A DNA stretch of 64,000 bases. Origin: Deltaproteobacteria bacterium (lineage in GTDB: Bacteria; Myxococcota; Kuafuiibacteriia; Kuafuiibacteriales; Kuafuiibacteriaceae). Of the stretch, positions 17,647-25,689 are shown piece after piece; position 1 is the stretch's first letter; each line of letters starts with the position of its first letter. The stretch lies in contig JAVJQW010000047.1 of the NCBI GenBank assembly GCA_040218735.1, positions 64,001 to 128,000 on the forward strand, read 5' to 3'. Under the pieces are notes generated by a model. The model did not search any database. It was not told the DNA's origin and was given only the letters and a program-made list of their open reading frames with translations. A program made the position numbers and the translations under genes.

Positions 17647-18042
17647 TCAACGACCGTTGCCGGTGTCGTTCCCCGAGTCGCGCACCCCGGCGTCCGGGCA
17701 GCCCGTGCCCCACGCCGCGAGGACCATGTTCAGGTCGCGCACGTCGACGACGCCGTCTTCGTTGGCGTCGCCTTCGGGCCCTGGCTCGCCCCACAGCTCC
17801 TGCACGAGATCGAGATCCACGCTGTCGACGCAGCCGTCGCTGTTGATGTCCGCGGCGTGGGACGGCCCGCCATCGCGGCGCGCGAACCCGCCGTCACGTG
17901 TGCCCGCATCGAGGAACCCCGCGTCGACTTCGTTGCCCGCGTCGCGCGCTTCGTCGAGCTCCTCGATTCGAGGATCCGGCTCGAGCACGATCGGCCCGCA
18001 CCCGGCCGTGAAGAGCAGCGCGACGATCAGAGCTCGAACCAC
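17647..18042 (-). CDS. Lipoprotein with one dockerin-like (paired EF-hand) module
   Basis: Lipobox TAGC, DAG linker, ADINSDGCVDSVDL..WG and GDANEDGVVDVRDLNMVLAAWGTGC. Confidence 0.75.
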   Translation of the reverse strand: MVRALIVALLFTAGCGPIVLEPDPRIEELDEARDAGNEVDAGFLDAGTRDGGFARRDGGPSHAADINSDGCVDSVDLDLVQELWGEPGPEGDANEDGVVDVRDLNMVLAAWGTGCPDAGVRDSGNDTGNGR

Positions 18043-18794
18043 TTCGTGAGCTCCTGCGCACGCGCGGTGCCGGGTTGGCGCGCGACGAGCTCGCGCGCAA
18101 TGACACGTCCGCGCTCCACACGATTCATGCGCGCGTAGCAGACGGCGAGGTAGTAGAGCGCTTCTTCTTGCAGGACCCCGCGAGGGAACGTGCGCCGGTA
18201 GCGCTCCAGCAGCTGCGCGGCGCGCTGCAGGTCTTCGCCCGCCGCGACGAGTGGAACGGCCTCCGAGATCCACGCCTCGCCTTCACTCGCGTCTTCGGGG
18301 AGACATCGCGTCGCGGACTGGCCCGCGGTCAGGAGCACAGCGTCGTAGCCCTCCGCTTCGACGCGCACCATGCCGTGGCGAACTTCGACGTCGGTGCAGA
18401 GTCCTTCGGTCTGCACTGTGAAACCCGTGCCGACGACCTCCACCAGCGCGGACGGTGTCCGCACGCGGAAGGGCGAGCGGTGCTTGCGCTTCGGCACCTC
18501 GAAGCTCGCCCGACCGCGCGCGAGGTAGAGCTCGGTCGCGACGGCGTCGTCGCGTTCGACGGTCAGCTCGCTTCCCGGGGCCTCTTCGATCGTGGGCGCC
18601 ACCGCGACCGGCGCTGCGACGCGCGGCGCGGGCACGAGCTGCCAGCACACCACGGCGGCCGCCATGGCGGTGGCGAGACCGAGCACCAGCGGCCCCGACC
18701 GCCGACGACGACGGGCGTGGATGCGTTCGAGGGAGCCGCGCACGATTCGGTCATGCACGTCGGGGCGCGGCGCGAGGCGAGCGAGGTGCCTCAT
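18027..18794 (-). CDS. FecR-domain anti-sigma factor with C-terminal TPR
   Basis: Single TM, LARGRASFEV..FRVRT..VEVVGTGFTV..VEVRHGMVRV (FecR), YRRTFPRGVLQEEA. Confidence 0.82.
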   Translation of the reverse strand: MRHLARLAPRPDVHDRIVRGSLERIHARRRRRSGPLVLGLATAMAAAVVCWQLVPAPRVAAPVAVAPTIEEAPGSELTVERDDAVATELYLARGRASFEVPKRKHRSPFRVRTPSALVEVVGTGFTVQTEGLCTDVEVRHGMVRVEAEGYDAVLLTAGQSATRCLPEDASEGEAWISEAVPLVAAGEDLQRAAQLLERYRRTFPRGVLQEEALYYLAVCYARMNRVERGRVIARELVARQPGTARAQELTKWFEL

Positions 18795-19336
18795 GCGCCC
18801 GACTCCAGCTCCGCGATCCCGTTCGTGGGCCGATACGCCGCGCGGAACGCTTCACGCGCGCGGCGCAGCCTGCTCGCGACGGCGGGCTCGGCGAGGCCGA
18901 GGATCTGTGCGGCTTCGCGACGCGTGAACCCTTCGATGTCCATGAGCACGAGCACCTCGACGTGCCGTATCGGCAGGCGCTCCAAGACCGCGCGGACCTC
19001 GAGATCGTCGTCGATGTTCTGTCCGGCGAGCGACGGGACGGTGCTCTCGTCCTCCAGGAAGAAGACACGTTTGCACCACGCGAGCCGACGACGGTTCGCC
19101 GCGTGCCTTCGGGCGATCTGGTACAGCCAGGACCCGAGCACTTCGTCGCAGCTGCAGGTGTGGATTCGCGCGGCGGCGGTGGCCAGAACATCCTGCACGG
19201 CGTCCTCCGCGTCTCGCGAGGAGAGGCCCAGCAGGACGCACCACCGGTACACGGCGCTCGCCCACGCATCGACCAATCGTCGCCAAGCCCACGCTTCGTC
19301 GGCCTGGCAGCCCTCCACCAAAGACATCGGTTTCAC
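18791..19336 (-). CDS. ECF sigma-70 factor
   Basis: DAEDAVQDV, SWLYQIARR, EVLVLMDIEGFTRREAAQILG..VASRLRRAR; GTG 19336 overlaps the upstream TGA. Confidence 0.88.
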   Translation of the reverse strand: MKPMSLVEGCQADEAWAWRRLVDAWASAVYRWCVLLGLSSRDAEDAVQDVLATAAARIHTCSCDEVLGSWLYQIARRHAANRRRLAWCKRVFFLEDESTVPSLAGQNIDDDLEVRAVLERLPIRHVEVLVLMDIEGFTRREAAQILGLAEPAVASRLRRAREAFRAAYRPTNGIAELESGA

Positions 19337-20400
19337 GGTGCTGATGTCTCCGTGCGGCGGTTCTGATCCTCGCCCCGCTCGATTTTCGTCGCCGAACCGA
19401 AGAACGACCACGCGACCTGCAGGCCGACGCGCGCGCCCCAGCGGTTCACCCGCGCCGAGGGGCCATCCGGGATGACGATGTCCCGTGCGGTGGGGAAGAC
19501 GAGCCCTTCGGCGAAGAGCGCGATCGCGAGCGCGTCGGCCCGGACCGTCGCCCCGACGCCCGCGACGCCTCCGATATCCACCGACGTGTGGTCGGCGGCG
19601 TCCGCGATGTCGTCCCGCGTGACGCGCAGCGTCTCGGCGCTGAGGCCGGCGCTCCAGGCGAGCTCGACGTAGCGACCCAGCTCGACCCCTCCGCGATACC
19701 CACCGGTCGCGCCGAACGCCGCGAGCCGGATCGGTCGGCCGTCGAGCGCCCACGTCGCCGTCGGCGCCCCGCTCGCCCGAACGAACCAGCCGTCGCGGGA
19801 GAGCTCGGCGGCGAGCTCCCACGTCGCGACGCCGGGCGTGCGGTAACGCAGCCAGGACTGCACGCCGACCGCGTAGCGCGACTGCGCCCACTGCGGCGCA
19901 CGAACGGCGCTGGCGACCGCGCGGGTCTGCGGATGGATCGGCGGCCACGGAGGCGTCGGCGCCGGCTCGGACTCGGGCGCGACCTCGACGACGGGCGCGG
20001 GTCGACGACGACGACGTTTCGCGGGGCGCGGCGCGACGGGCATCGACGCGACGGAGGGAGGCGGGAGGAGACCGGCGACCGGCTCGAGCGCGAGCGCTTC
20101 GATCATCACGGACAGCTCCGACAGCCGCCCCTGCCCCGCCGCCGAGCGCAGCGGTCCTTCGGGATCCAGGCGCCACGGGAGCTTCCGCCGGCGCGCTGTG
20201 CCGTCGGGTCGTTCGAAGGTCAGCGTCGTCGCGGTGATTCGAATCCGCGCGACCCCCTCGCCGCACCGCGGGTCGATCCGAAGCGTTCGAAGATAGCGCC
20301 CGAGCCGCTCCAAGACGGGAGCGGGGGCCCGCTCCTCGACACACACGCGCGTGTCGAGCGCGGCGCCGAGGAGCAGAGGAACGAGGAGCAGCGGGCCCAC
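19333..20400 (-). CDS. Hypothetical exported protein with Pro-rich linker and beta-rich C-terminus
   Basis: Signal peptide; alternating beta strands ending GARVGLQVAWSFF; first gene of the ECF operon. Confidence 0.65.
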   Translation of the reverse strand: MGPLLLVPLLLGAALDTRVCVEERAPAPVLERLGRYLRTLRIDPRCGEGVARIRITATTLTFERPDGTARRRKLPWRLDPEGPLRSAAGQGRLSELSVMIEALALEPVAGLLPPPSVASMPVAPRPAKRRRRRPAPVVEVAPESEPAPTPPWPPIHPQTRAVASAVRAPQWAQSRYAVGVQSWLRYRTPGVATWELAAELSRDGWFVRASGAPTATWALDGRPIRLAAFGATGGYRGGVELGRYVELAWSAGLSAETLRVTRDDIADAADHTSVDIGGVAGVGATVRADALAIALFAEGLVFPTARDIVIPDGPSARVNRWGARVGLQVAWSFFGSATKIERGEDQNRRTETSAP

Positions 20401-20412
20401 GTCGACACGGTG

Positions 20413-20428
20413 AGCAAGTGCTGTTCCT
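20413..20428 (-). promoter_or_regulatory. Possible sigma54 promoter (AGGAACA-GCAC-TTGCT)
   Basis: GG-N10-GC with TTGCT at -12 but an imperfect -24; predicted start about 20402, next to GTG 20400. Confidence 0.35.
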
Positions 20429-20503
20429 CACGCGGTCACTGCGCGCGGCAAGCCCCGTTGCACTTCGTGTGCATTGCGCAACACGTGATGCGCAAACCCG
20501 AGG

Positions 20504-21157
20504 TCAGCTGCAGCCCCGACCCCACGCGGCGAGGAGGATGTTGAGATCGACGGTGTCGACCGTGCCGTCCCCGTTGATGTCGCCGGCGCCGGAGCCGCCC
20601 CAGTTCGCGAGGAGGCCGTCGAGGTCGTCTTCGTCGACGCAGCCGTCGCCGTTCAGGTCCGGAGTCCCGCTCGCGAGGCATCCGGTGCCCCAGTTCGCGA
20701 GGACGATGTTCAGGTCCTGCACATTCACCGTGCCGTCTCCGTTGATGTCCGCCGGGTCCGGCGTCGTGCCCGTCGAGACACCCCACGCCGCGATGACGGC
20801 GTCGAGGTCGTCCTGGTCGACGCACCCGTCGCCGTTCACGTCGCCGTAGACGCCACAACCGGTGCCCCAGTTCGCGAGGACGATGTTCAAATCCTGCACG
20901 TCCACGGTGCCGTTGCCGTCGATGTCTTCGGCGAGGTTGCGACCGGTCGCGCCCCACGCCGCGAGGACCGCGTCGAGGTCGTCTTGATCGACGCAGCCGT
21001 CTCCGGTCGCGTCGCCGCGGACACCGGCGCTGGTGCCCGTGGAGACCTCGGACTCGGAGGTCTCCACGGCGGAGGTCTCGTTGCCCACCGGGCCGCCGCA
21101 CGCGATCAAGAGGAAGGTGAGCGCGCTCGAGGCGCACGTGTGCACTGCTTTGTTCAT
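20504..21157 (-). CDS. Lipoprotein with three dockerin-like modules (six DxxGDGxVDxxDL..AWG loops)
   Basis: RBS GGGAG; lipobox LIAC; six EF-hand-like loops alternating GCVD and GTV(D/N) types. Confidence 0.85.
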   Translation of the reverse strand: MNKAVHTCASSALTFLLIACGGPVGNETSAVETSESEVSTGTSAGVRGDATGDGCVDQDDLDAVLAAWGATGRNLAEDIDGNGTVDVQDLNIVLANWGTGCGVYGDVNGDGCVDQDDLDAVIAAWGVSTGTTPDPADINGDGTVNVQDLNIVLANWGTGCLASGTPDLNGDGCVDEDDLDGLLANWGGSGAGDINGDGTVDTVDLNILLAAWGRGCS

Positions 21158-21284
21158 TTCATGGCTCCCTAAGAGATGGATTGGGAGGCGCCTTGCCTCT
21201 CCTGGGGGTGCCAATGTGATGAGGACGCGGAGTTGATCCGCGGCGCGTGAAAAAAGTCAGCTTTCGGGGAGCTCGGACCGACCG

Positions 21285-23090
21285 TCAGAGCTTGTGCTCC
21301 ATCAGGTTGCTCTGCAGGAGATTCGAAGCCTGAGCGCGCGTCATCTTCCCGTCAGCCACCAGCTTCTTCAGGAAAGCGTGTGGACCGATCGGGCTCTTGG
21401 TCGCCGACAGCCGCAACCGGTTGTAGTCCGCGCCATACGGGCCGGGGAGCGTCGAACAAGCCGCGCAGAAGTCACGCATCGTACCGATCAAGTCGGTCAA
21501 CGTGATCTGCACGTCCTCCGCGCCCACGACGCCGAACCGCTCACTCGTCGCCGTCGGGTCGTTGCCGTCGAAGATCTCGCCGACGTGCTCGACGAAATTC
21601 GAAAGGTAGGTTGCGTTGTCCGTGATCCGCGCATGCGCGATGTCGGCGTTGGCATCGAGCAAGTCACAGGTCAGCTCCCCCCAACGGAACTCGTCGTTCG
21701 AGGTGACGACGCCCTGCCCCCAACGATCCGCCGTCGCGGTCAGCGCCGCCAGCCGCCCGACACGTTTCGTCCAGTCCGAGGTGGCGCGCGAATCCTCCGT
21801 CACCCCACGCTTCCTCAAGTGGAACCGCACGTGGTGGAAGCCACATCCGTCGGACGCATCACACGACGCATCGGCGCTCCACAGGTTGCCCCGGAAGGGG
21901 ACCGCGCCGCCGAGCGGGCGAGCCGCCCAACCCCGCCAGTCGCTACACGCGTTCAGAAGATACTGGCCCAGCCCGTTTGCGACGCCCTCCGTGTACTCGA
22001 CGCCGAGCTCCGCATACTGCCCGGCGTAATGTCCCCAGTCGTACGATGTCCCGTCGGCGCGCATCATCGCGTTGCCAAACTCGTAGTGATAGAGCCGCGA
22101 GCCCGGCGCGAGGGAGCCGTGGATGCTGTGACCGAACTCGTGCGCCAGCGTATCGGTGTCGGAGAGGTGGCGGAGCGCCGGGCCGATACCACGCGTGGAG
22201 AACACGGCCTTGTCGGGTCGGAACAAAGACATCCAACCGCCACCCGCGCTGGCCCACTGCGTGTTGAACGCGATGAGGTAGGTCGGCTGGCCTCTGTACA
22301 GCTCGCTCTTCGGGAGCATCTTCTCGAACAGGTCCGGCATGTCGCGTGTGTTCGCCTCCAGGCGGTCGAACAGGGCGACCACGTTTGTGTAACCGTTCAG
22401 CACCTGGCGCATGTAGCCGAACCGATCGTGGGCGCTGCCCGCCGTGAAGACTTGGGTCCCGACGTTCAAGAACGCCCTCCCCTGGGCGTCCTTCACCGGC
22501 TCGAGCCCCACCCACCGAAAGACGAACGTCGGCGTCGCGTAGGGGACGCCGTCGTGTTCGAACGCCGGGACGAGACGATGCTCCGGCTCCGAGCCCAGCA
22601 GGTCAGCGGCGTGCGTGGAGGTCCATGCGGCGCGGATCCACCCAGGCTCGATCGGCGAGCGCGCGCTCGGGTGCCACGCCGGCGCCTCCAGCGCGACCCG
22701 CCCCTCGACCAGTACACGTTTGTCGCGACCACACGACCGCGGGAGGCGGATGTCGAAGACGCCATCGCGATCGACGACGAACGTCCCGCCGCCGCAACGC
22801 CGCTTCGACGTGGGGAGGATCTCGTAGTACGTCAACGACAGGCGTCCCGGTAGCGGTCGCAACGAACCGACCGTCGCGGTGTCCGTCGTGACGAGGGCGC
22901 CAGTCGCAGCGCTGAAGCGCCGCTTGAAGGCGTGGCACTCCTTCCAACCGACACTCTGACTCCACACCGGCGAAACGCAGCCCGTGTCGTCCGGGAACGC
23001 GAGCCGACCGACGATCTGAACCTCGTACGTGCAGGCGGTCGACAGCCCGCAGAACAGAACGATCCACGCAAGAGCATCCGGGCGCTTCAT
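21285..23090 (-). CDS. Hypothetical lipoprotein with HEXXH zinc-peptidase motif
   Basis: Lipobox STAC; TLAHEFGHSIH plus downstream YTEGVAN (gluzincin-like third ligand); ATGA overlap with upstream gene. Confidence 0.7.
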   Translation of the reverse strand: MKRPDALAWIVLFCGLSTACTYEVQIVGRLAFPDDTGCVSPVWSQSVGWKECHAFKRRFSAATGALVTTDTATVGSLRPLPGRLSLTYYEILPTSKRRCGGGTFVVDRDGVFDIRLPRSCGRDKRVLVEGRVALEAPAWHPSARSPIEPGWIRAAWTSTHAADLLGSEPEHRLVPAFEHDGVPYATPTFVFRWVGLEPVKDAQGRAFLNVGTQVFTAGSAHDRFGYMRQVLNGYTNVVALFDRLEANTRDMPDLFEKMLPKSELYRGQPTYLIAFNTQWASAGGGWMSLFRPDKAVFSTRGIGPALRHLSDTDTLAHEFGHSIHGSLAPGSRLYHYEFGNAMMRADGTSYDWGHYAGQYAELGVEYTEGVANGLGQYLLNACSDWRGWAARPLGGAVPFRGNLWSADASCDASDGCGFHHVRFHLRKRGVTEDSRATSDWTKRVGRLAALTATADRWGQGVVTSNDEFRWGELTCDLLDANADIAHARITDNATYLSNFVEHVGEIFDGNDPTATSERFGVVGAEDVQITLTDLIGTMRDFCAACSTLPGPYGADYNRLRLSATKSPIGPHAFLKKLVADGKMTRAQASNLLQSNLMEHKL

Positions 23091-23710
23091 CGCGCGTCCT
23101 CCACCGAAAGCACCTCGCTCGGTCCTCTCAGGTGCTCCAGCCGGAAGGGGAGCTGCTTCGTCGCCTCGAGCTCTCTCCTCAGCCGTCGCGGATTCTTGCT
23201 GAGCGCCCGCCACTGCGCGGAGACGATCTCCAGCTCGGACGCGACGCGAACGCGGTCGGTGTCATCGATGACAAACGTCGCTTCGGTCCGTTCCGCACGC
23301 GAGCGCGGCCCCCAGACCTCGCAACGCACGCCCGCTCCGTAGCGTCCGAGGAGCACGAGCTCGATTGGAACGCGAACCTCGGTCGCCCCGGGGAGGCTCG
23401 ACACCATCAGCTCGACGGCGCCGGAGCGTTCGCTGTCCGTGGCGAGGGCCCGGGCATGTCGCGCGCCGACCACCCGCGGCTCTGCGTCGAGTCCGAGGCA
23501 CCGGACGCGCGCTGCGCCCTCGGCCAGCGCGAAACGCAGCTCGAGCTGGAGAGGTTGCGCGCGGGTGAGCAGCTTGTCGTTCGAGGCGACGACGATGTGC
23601 GCGCCAAAGGGACCAGGTAAGTCTGAGGGAGGGGTTGCGGTAGCGACTTCAGGCCAACCGACCCACACGAGGAGGACGATCGAAACCAGCCGTGTGATCA
23701 CGGCCGTCAA
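23087..23710 (-). CDS. Hypothetical exported protein
   Basis: N-terminal hydrophobic signal with ATA cleavage site; coupled to the downstream peptidase-like gene; start uncertain. Confidence 0.55.
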   Translation of the reverse strand: MTAVITRLVSIVLLVWVGWPEVATATPPSDLPGPFGAHIVVASNDKLLTRAQPLQLELRFALAEGAARVRCLGLDAEPRVVGARHARALATDSERSGAVELMVSSLPGATEVRVPIELVLLGRYGAGVRCEVWGPRSRAERTEATFVIDDTDRVRVASELEIVSAQWRALSKNPRRLRRELEATKQLPFRLEHLRGPSEVLSVEDAR

Positions 23711-23761
23711 CTGTGCGCCGCGCTAGGATCTGCAGCATCCTCGCATCGACGTATGGCGCGC

Positions 23762-24448
23762 TCAGGGGCGATCGCGATCGCGGATCTCTTCGTTCGCGTG
23801 GAGTGACTTCGGCTCGAGGACGTCCTTCGGCACCGGCACCTTCGACCACGCGTCCGTCATGAGATCGAAGAGCTCGCGCTTGCGCTCGATCGGCGTGTCG
23901 ACCTTCCGCAGCTCCTCGTACCAGTCGCGCGTGTCCTTCTGGACCTTCAGCGACATCGCGGTGTGGAACTGCAGCTCCCACTCCATCCCCGACGGGTGTT
24001 TCATCACGCCGTTCACGCCGGAGTAGTTGTCGTCCTGCGGCCAGTAGTTCTTGAGCCGCACCACCGTGTGCCCCTGGCCCTCCAGCGCCTGGAGCACCTT
24101 GCGCACCGACTCGACGTAGTGCCCGGCGGGCTCGTCCTCGAAGCGCATCGTGTAGCGGAGGGTGTCGTCGAGCTCCATCTCGGCGATCGGGATCGACGGG
24201 TCCTCCAAGTGCTCCTTGTTGAGCTTGCGCTTCGTCGACTTCAGCGTCTTGAGGCGGTGCTCGATCTTGTACATCTCGCCGCCGAGCCCCTCCGCGAGGC
24301 TGACGAGCGCCGGCGTGACCGTCGGCTCGAGCTTGGCGGCGCGGTCGACGAGCTGCTGCGCTCGCTGATCGATCGTGACGGTCGGCGTCGTCTTGCACGC
24401 GACGAGCGCGAGCAGCAGAGGCGCCAAATATATCGAATGCATTCTCAT
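23762..24448 (-). CDS. Lipoprotein with RelA/SpoT-type (Apk2/Tas1-like) alarmone synthetase domain
   Basis: Lipobox LVAC; EPTVT, RLKTLKSTKRK, DTLRYT, KNYW..YSGVN, WELQFHT..S, WYEELR motif order. Confidence 0.75.
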   Translation of the reverse strand: MRMHSIYLAPLLLALVACKTTPTVTIDQRAQQLVDRAAKLEPTVTPALVSLAEGLGGEMYKIEHRLKTLKSTKRKLNKEHLEDPSIPIAEMELDDTLRYTMRFEDEPAGHYVESVRKVLQALEGQGHTVVRLKNYWPQDDNYSGVNGVMKHPSGMEWELQFHTAMSLKVQKDTRDWYEELRKVDTPIERKRELFDLMTDAWSKVPVPKDVLEPKSLHANEEIRDRDRP

Positions 24449-25629
24449 GAGTAGATCAGGTGCGGTCGGCGGCGGTCACGGAAGCGGGCTTCGTCCTCGG
24501 CGAACGACCGGATGATCTCGTCCGTCGTGGCACCTGCCTCCAGGGCACGTCGCGGTCCCTCGGATCCGAACAGAAGATCGATCGCGAGTCGATCGGAGAT
24601 GAACTCGTAGCGCTCGCGCCGCCAGTCGAACCCCTCCGACTGCCGCATCGCCGCGCGCATCAACGCCACCGTGAGGCGGACCGAGCGCGCCGCCCAGCGA
24701 TCCGTGACGTGGACCTGCACGGCGCCGCAGTGTTTCCCGCCGTGTTTCTGGAACATCGGCTTGATCACCGTCGGCCGCAGGACGAACCCCGGGCCGACGT
24801 CCGAACGCGCCTCCGCCGCCCACGCCTCGCCGTCGAGGTAGGGCGCACCACACAGCTCGAACGGCCGCGTCGTCCCACGCCCCTCGCTCAGGTTCGTACC
24901 TTCGAGGATGCACTGCCCGGGGTAGATCCACGCGGCGTCGTTGGTCGGCATGTTCGGCGACGGCATCACCCACGGCAGGCCCGTCGCCTCGAAGTCCATG
25001 TCGCGACGCCACCCCTCCATCCGCACGATCTCGAAGTCGACGTCCCAGCCCTCCTCGGCCGCGACGAGGTTCGCGTACTCGCCGATCGTGAGCCCGTGCC
25101 GCATCGCGAGATCGAACGCACCGACGAAGGACCGGAACGCATCTTCGACCGCCGGCCCCTCGACGTCCTCCTCGCGCCCGCCGAGCGGGTTCGGGCGGTC
25201 GAGCACCAACACCCGCACCCCGGCCTCCCCCGCGACGCGCATCGCGTACGCCATCGTCGCGGCGTAGGTGTAGTAGCGCGCGCCGACGTCCTGCAGATCG
25301 ATCACCAGCACGTCGAGCCCGGCGAGCATCTCGACGGTCGGCGCGAGCGATGCCTCGTCGTCGCCATACAGTGAATAGATCTTGGCCCCGGTGCGTGCGT
25401 CCACGGGGGTCTCTTCGACCACCGTCTCCATGTCCTGCGCCGCCCCCGTGATCCCGTGCTCGGGACCGAACAGCGCGACGAGGTTCAGCTCCGCTGCCAC
25501 CATCAGGTCGACGACGTGCGTCAACGTGCGGTCGACCGAGGGCGCGTGCGCGAGCAGGCCGACCTTGGCGCCTTTCAGACGAGCGAAGGACTCCTGCACC
25601 AGCACGTCGAGCCCGGTTCGAACGGTCAT
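24445..25629 (-). CDS. namZ: Exo-beta-N-acetylmuramidase NamZ (DUF1343) family
   Basis: LFGPEHG, DLQDVGARYYTY, LDRPNP, RHGLTIGE, WVMPSPNMPT, SEGRGTTRPFE. Confidence 0.9.
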   Translation of the reverse strand: MTVRTGLDVLVQESFARLKGAKVGLLAHAPSVDRTLTHVVDLMVAAELNLVALFGPEHGITGAAQDMETVVEETPVDARTGAKIYSLYGDDEASLAPTVEMLAGLDVLVIDLQDVGARYYTYAATMAYAMRVAGEAGVRVLVLDRPNPLGGREEDVEGPAVEDAFRSFVGAFDLAMRHGLTIGEYANLVAAEEGWDVDFEIVRMEGWRRDMDFEATGLPWVMPSPNMPTNDAAWIYPGQCILEGTNLSEGRGTTRPFELCGAPYLDGEAWAAEARSDVGPGFVLRPTVIKPMFQKHGGKHCGAVQVHVTDRWAARSVRLTVALMRAAMRQSEGFDWRRERYEFISDRLAIDLLFGSEGPRRALEAGATTDEIIRSFAEDEARFRDRRRPHLIYS

Positions 25630-25689
25630 CGGCACGGCTGTAACACGACCGCTTTTCGCGGGCGACATGCGCTAGACTCGACGCGTCGA

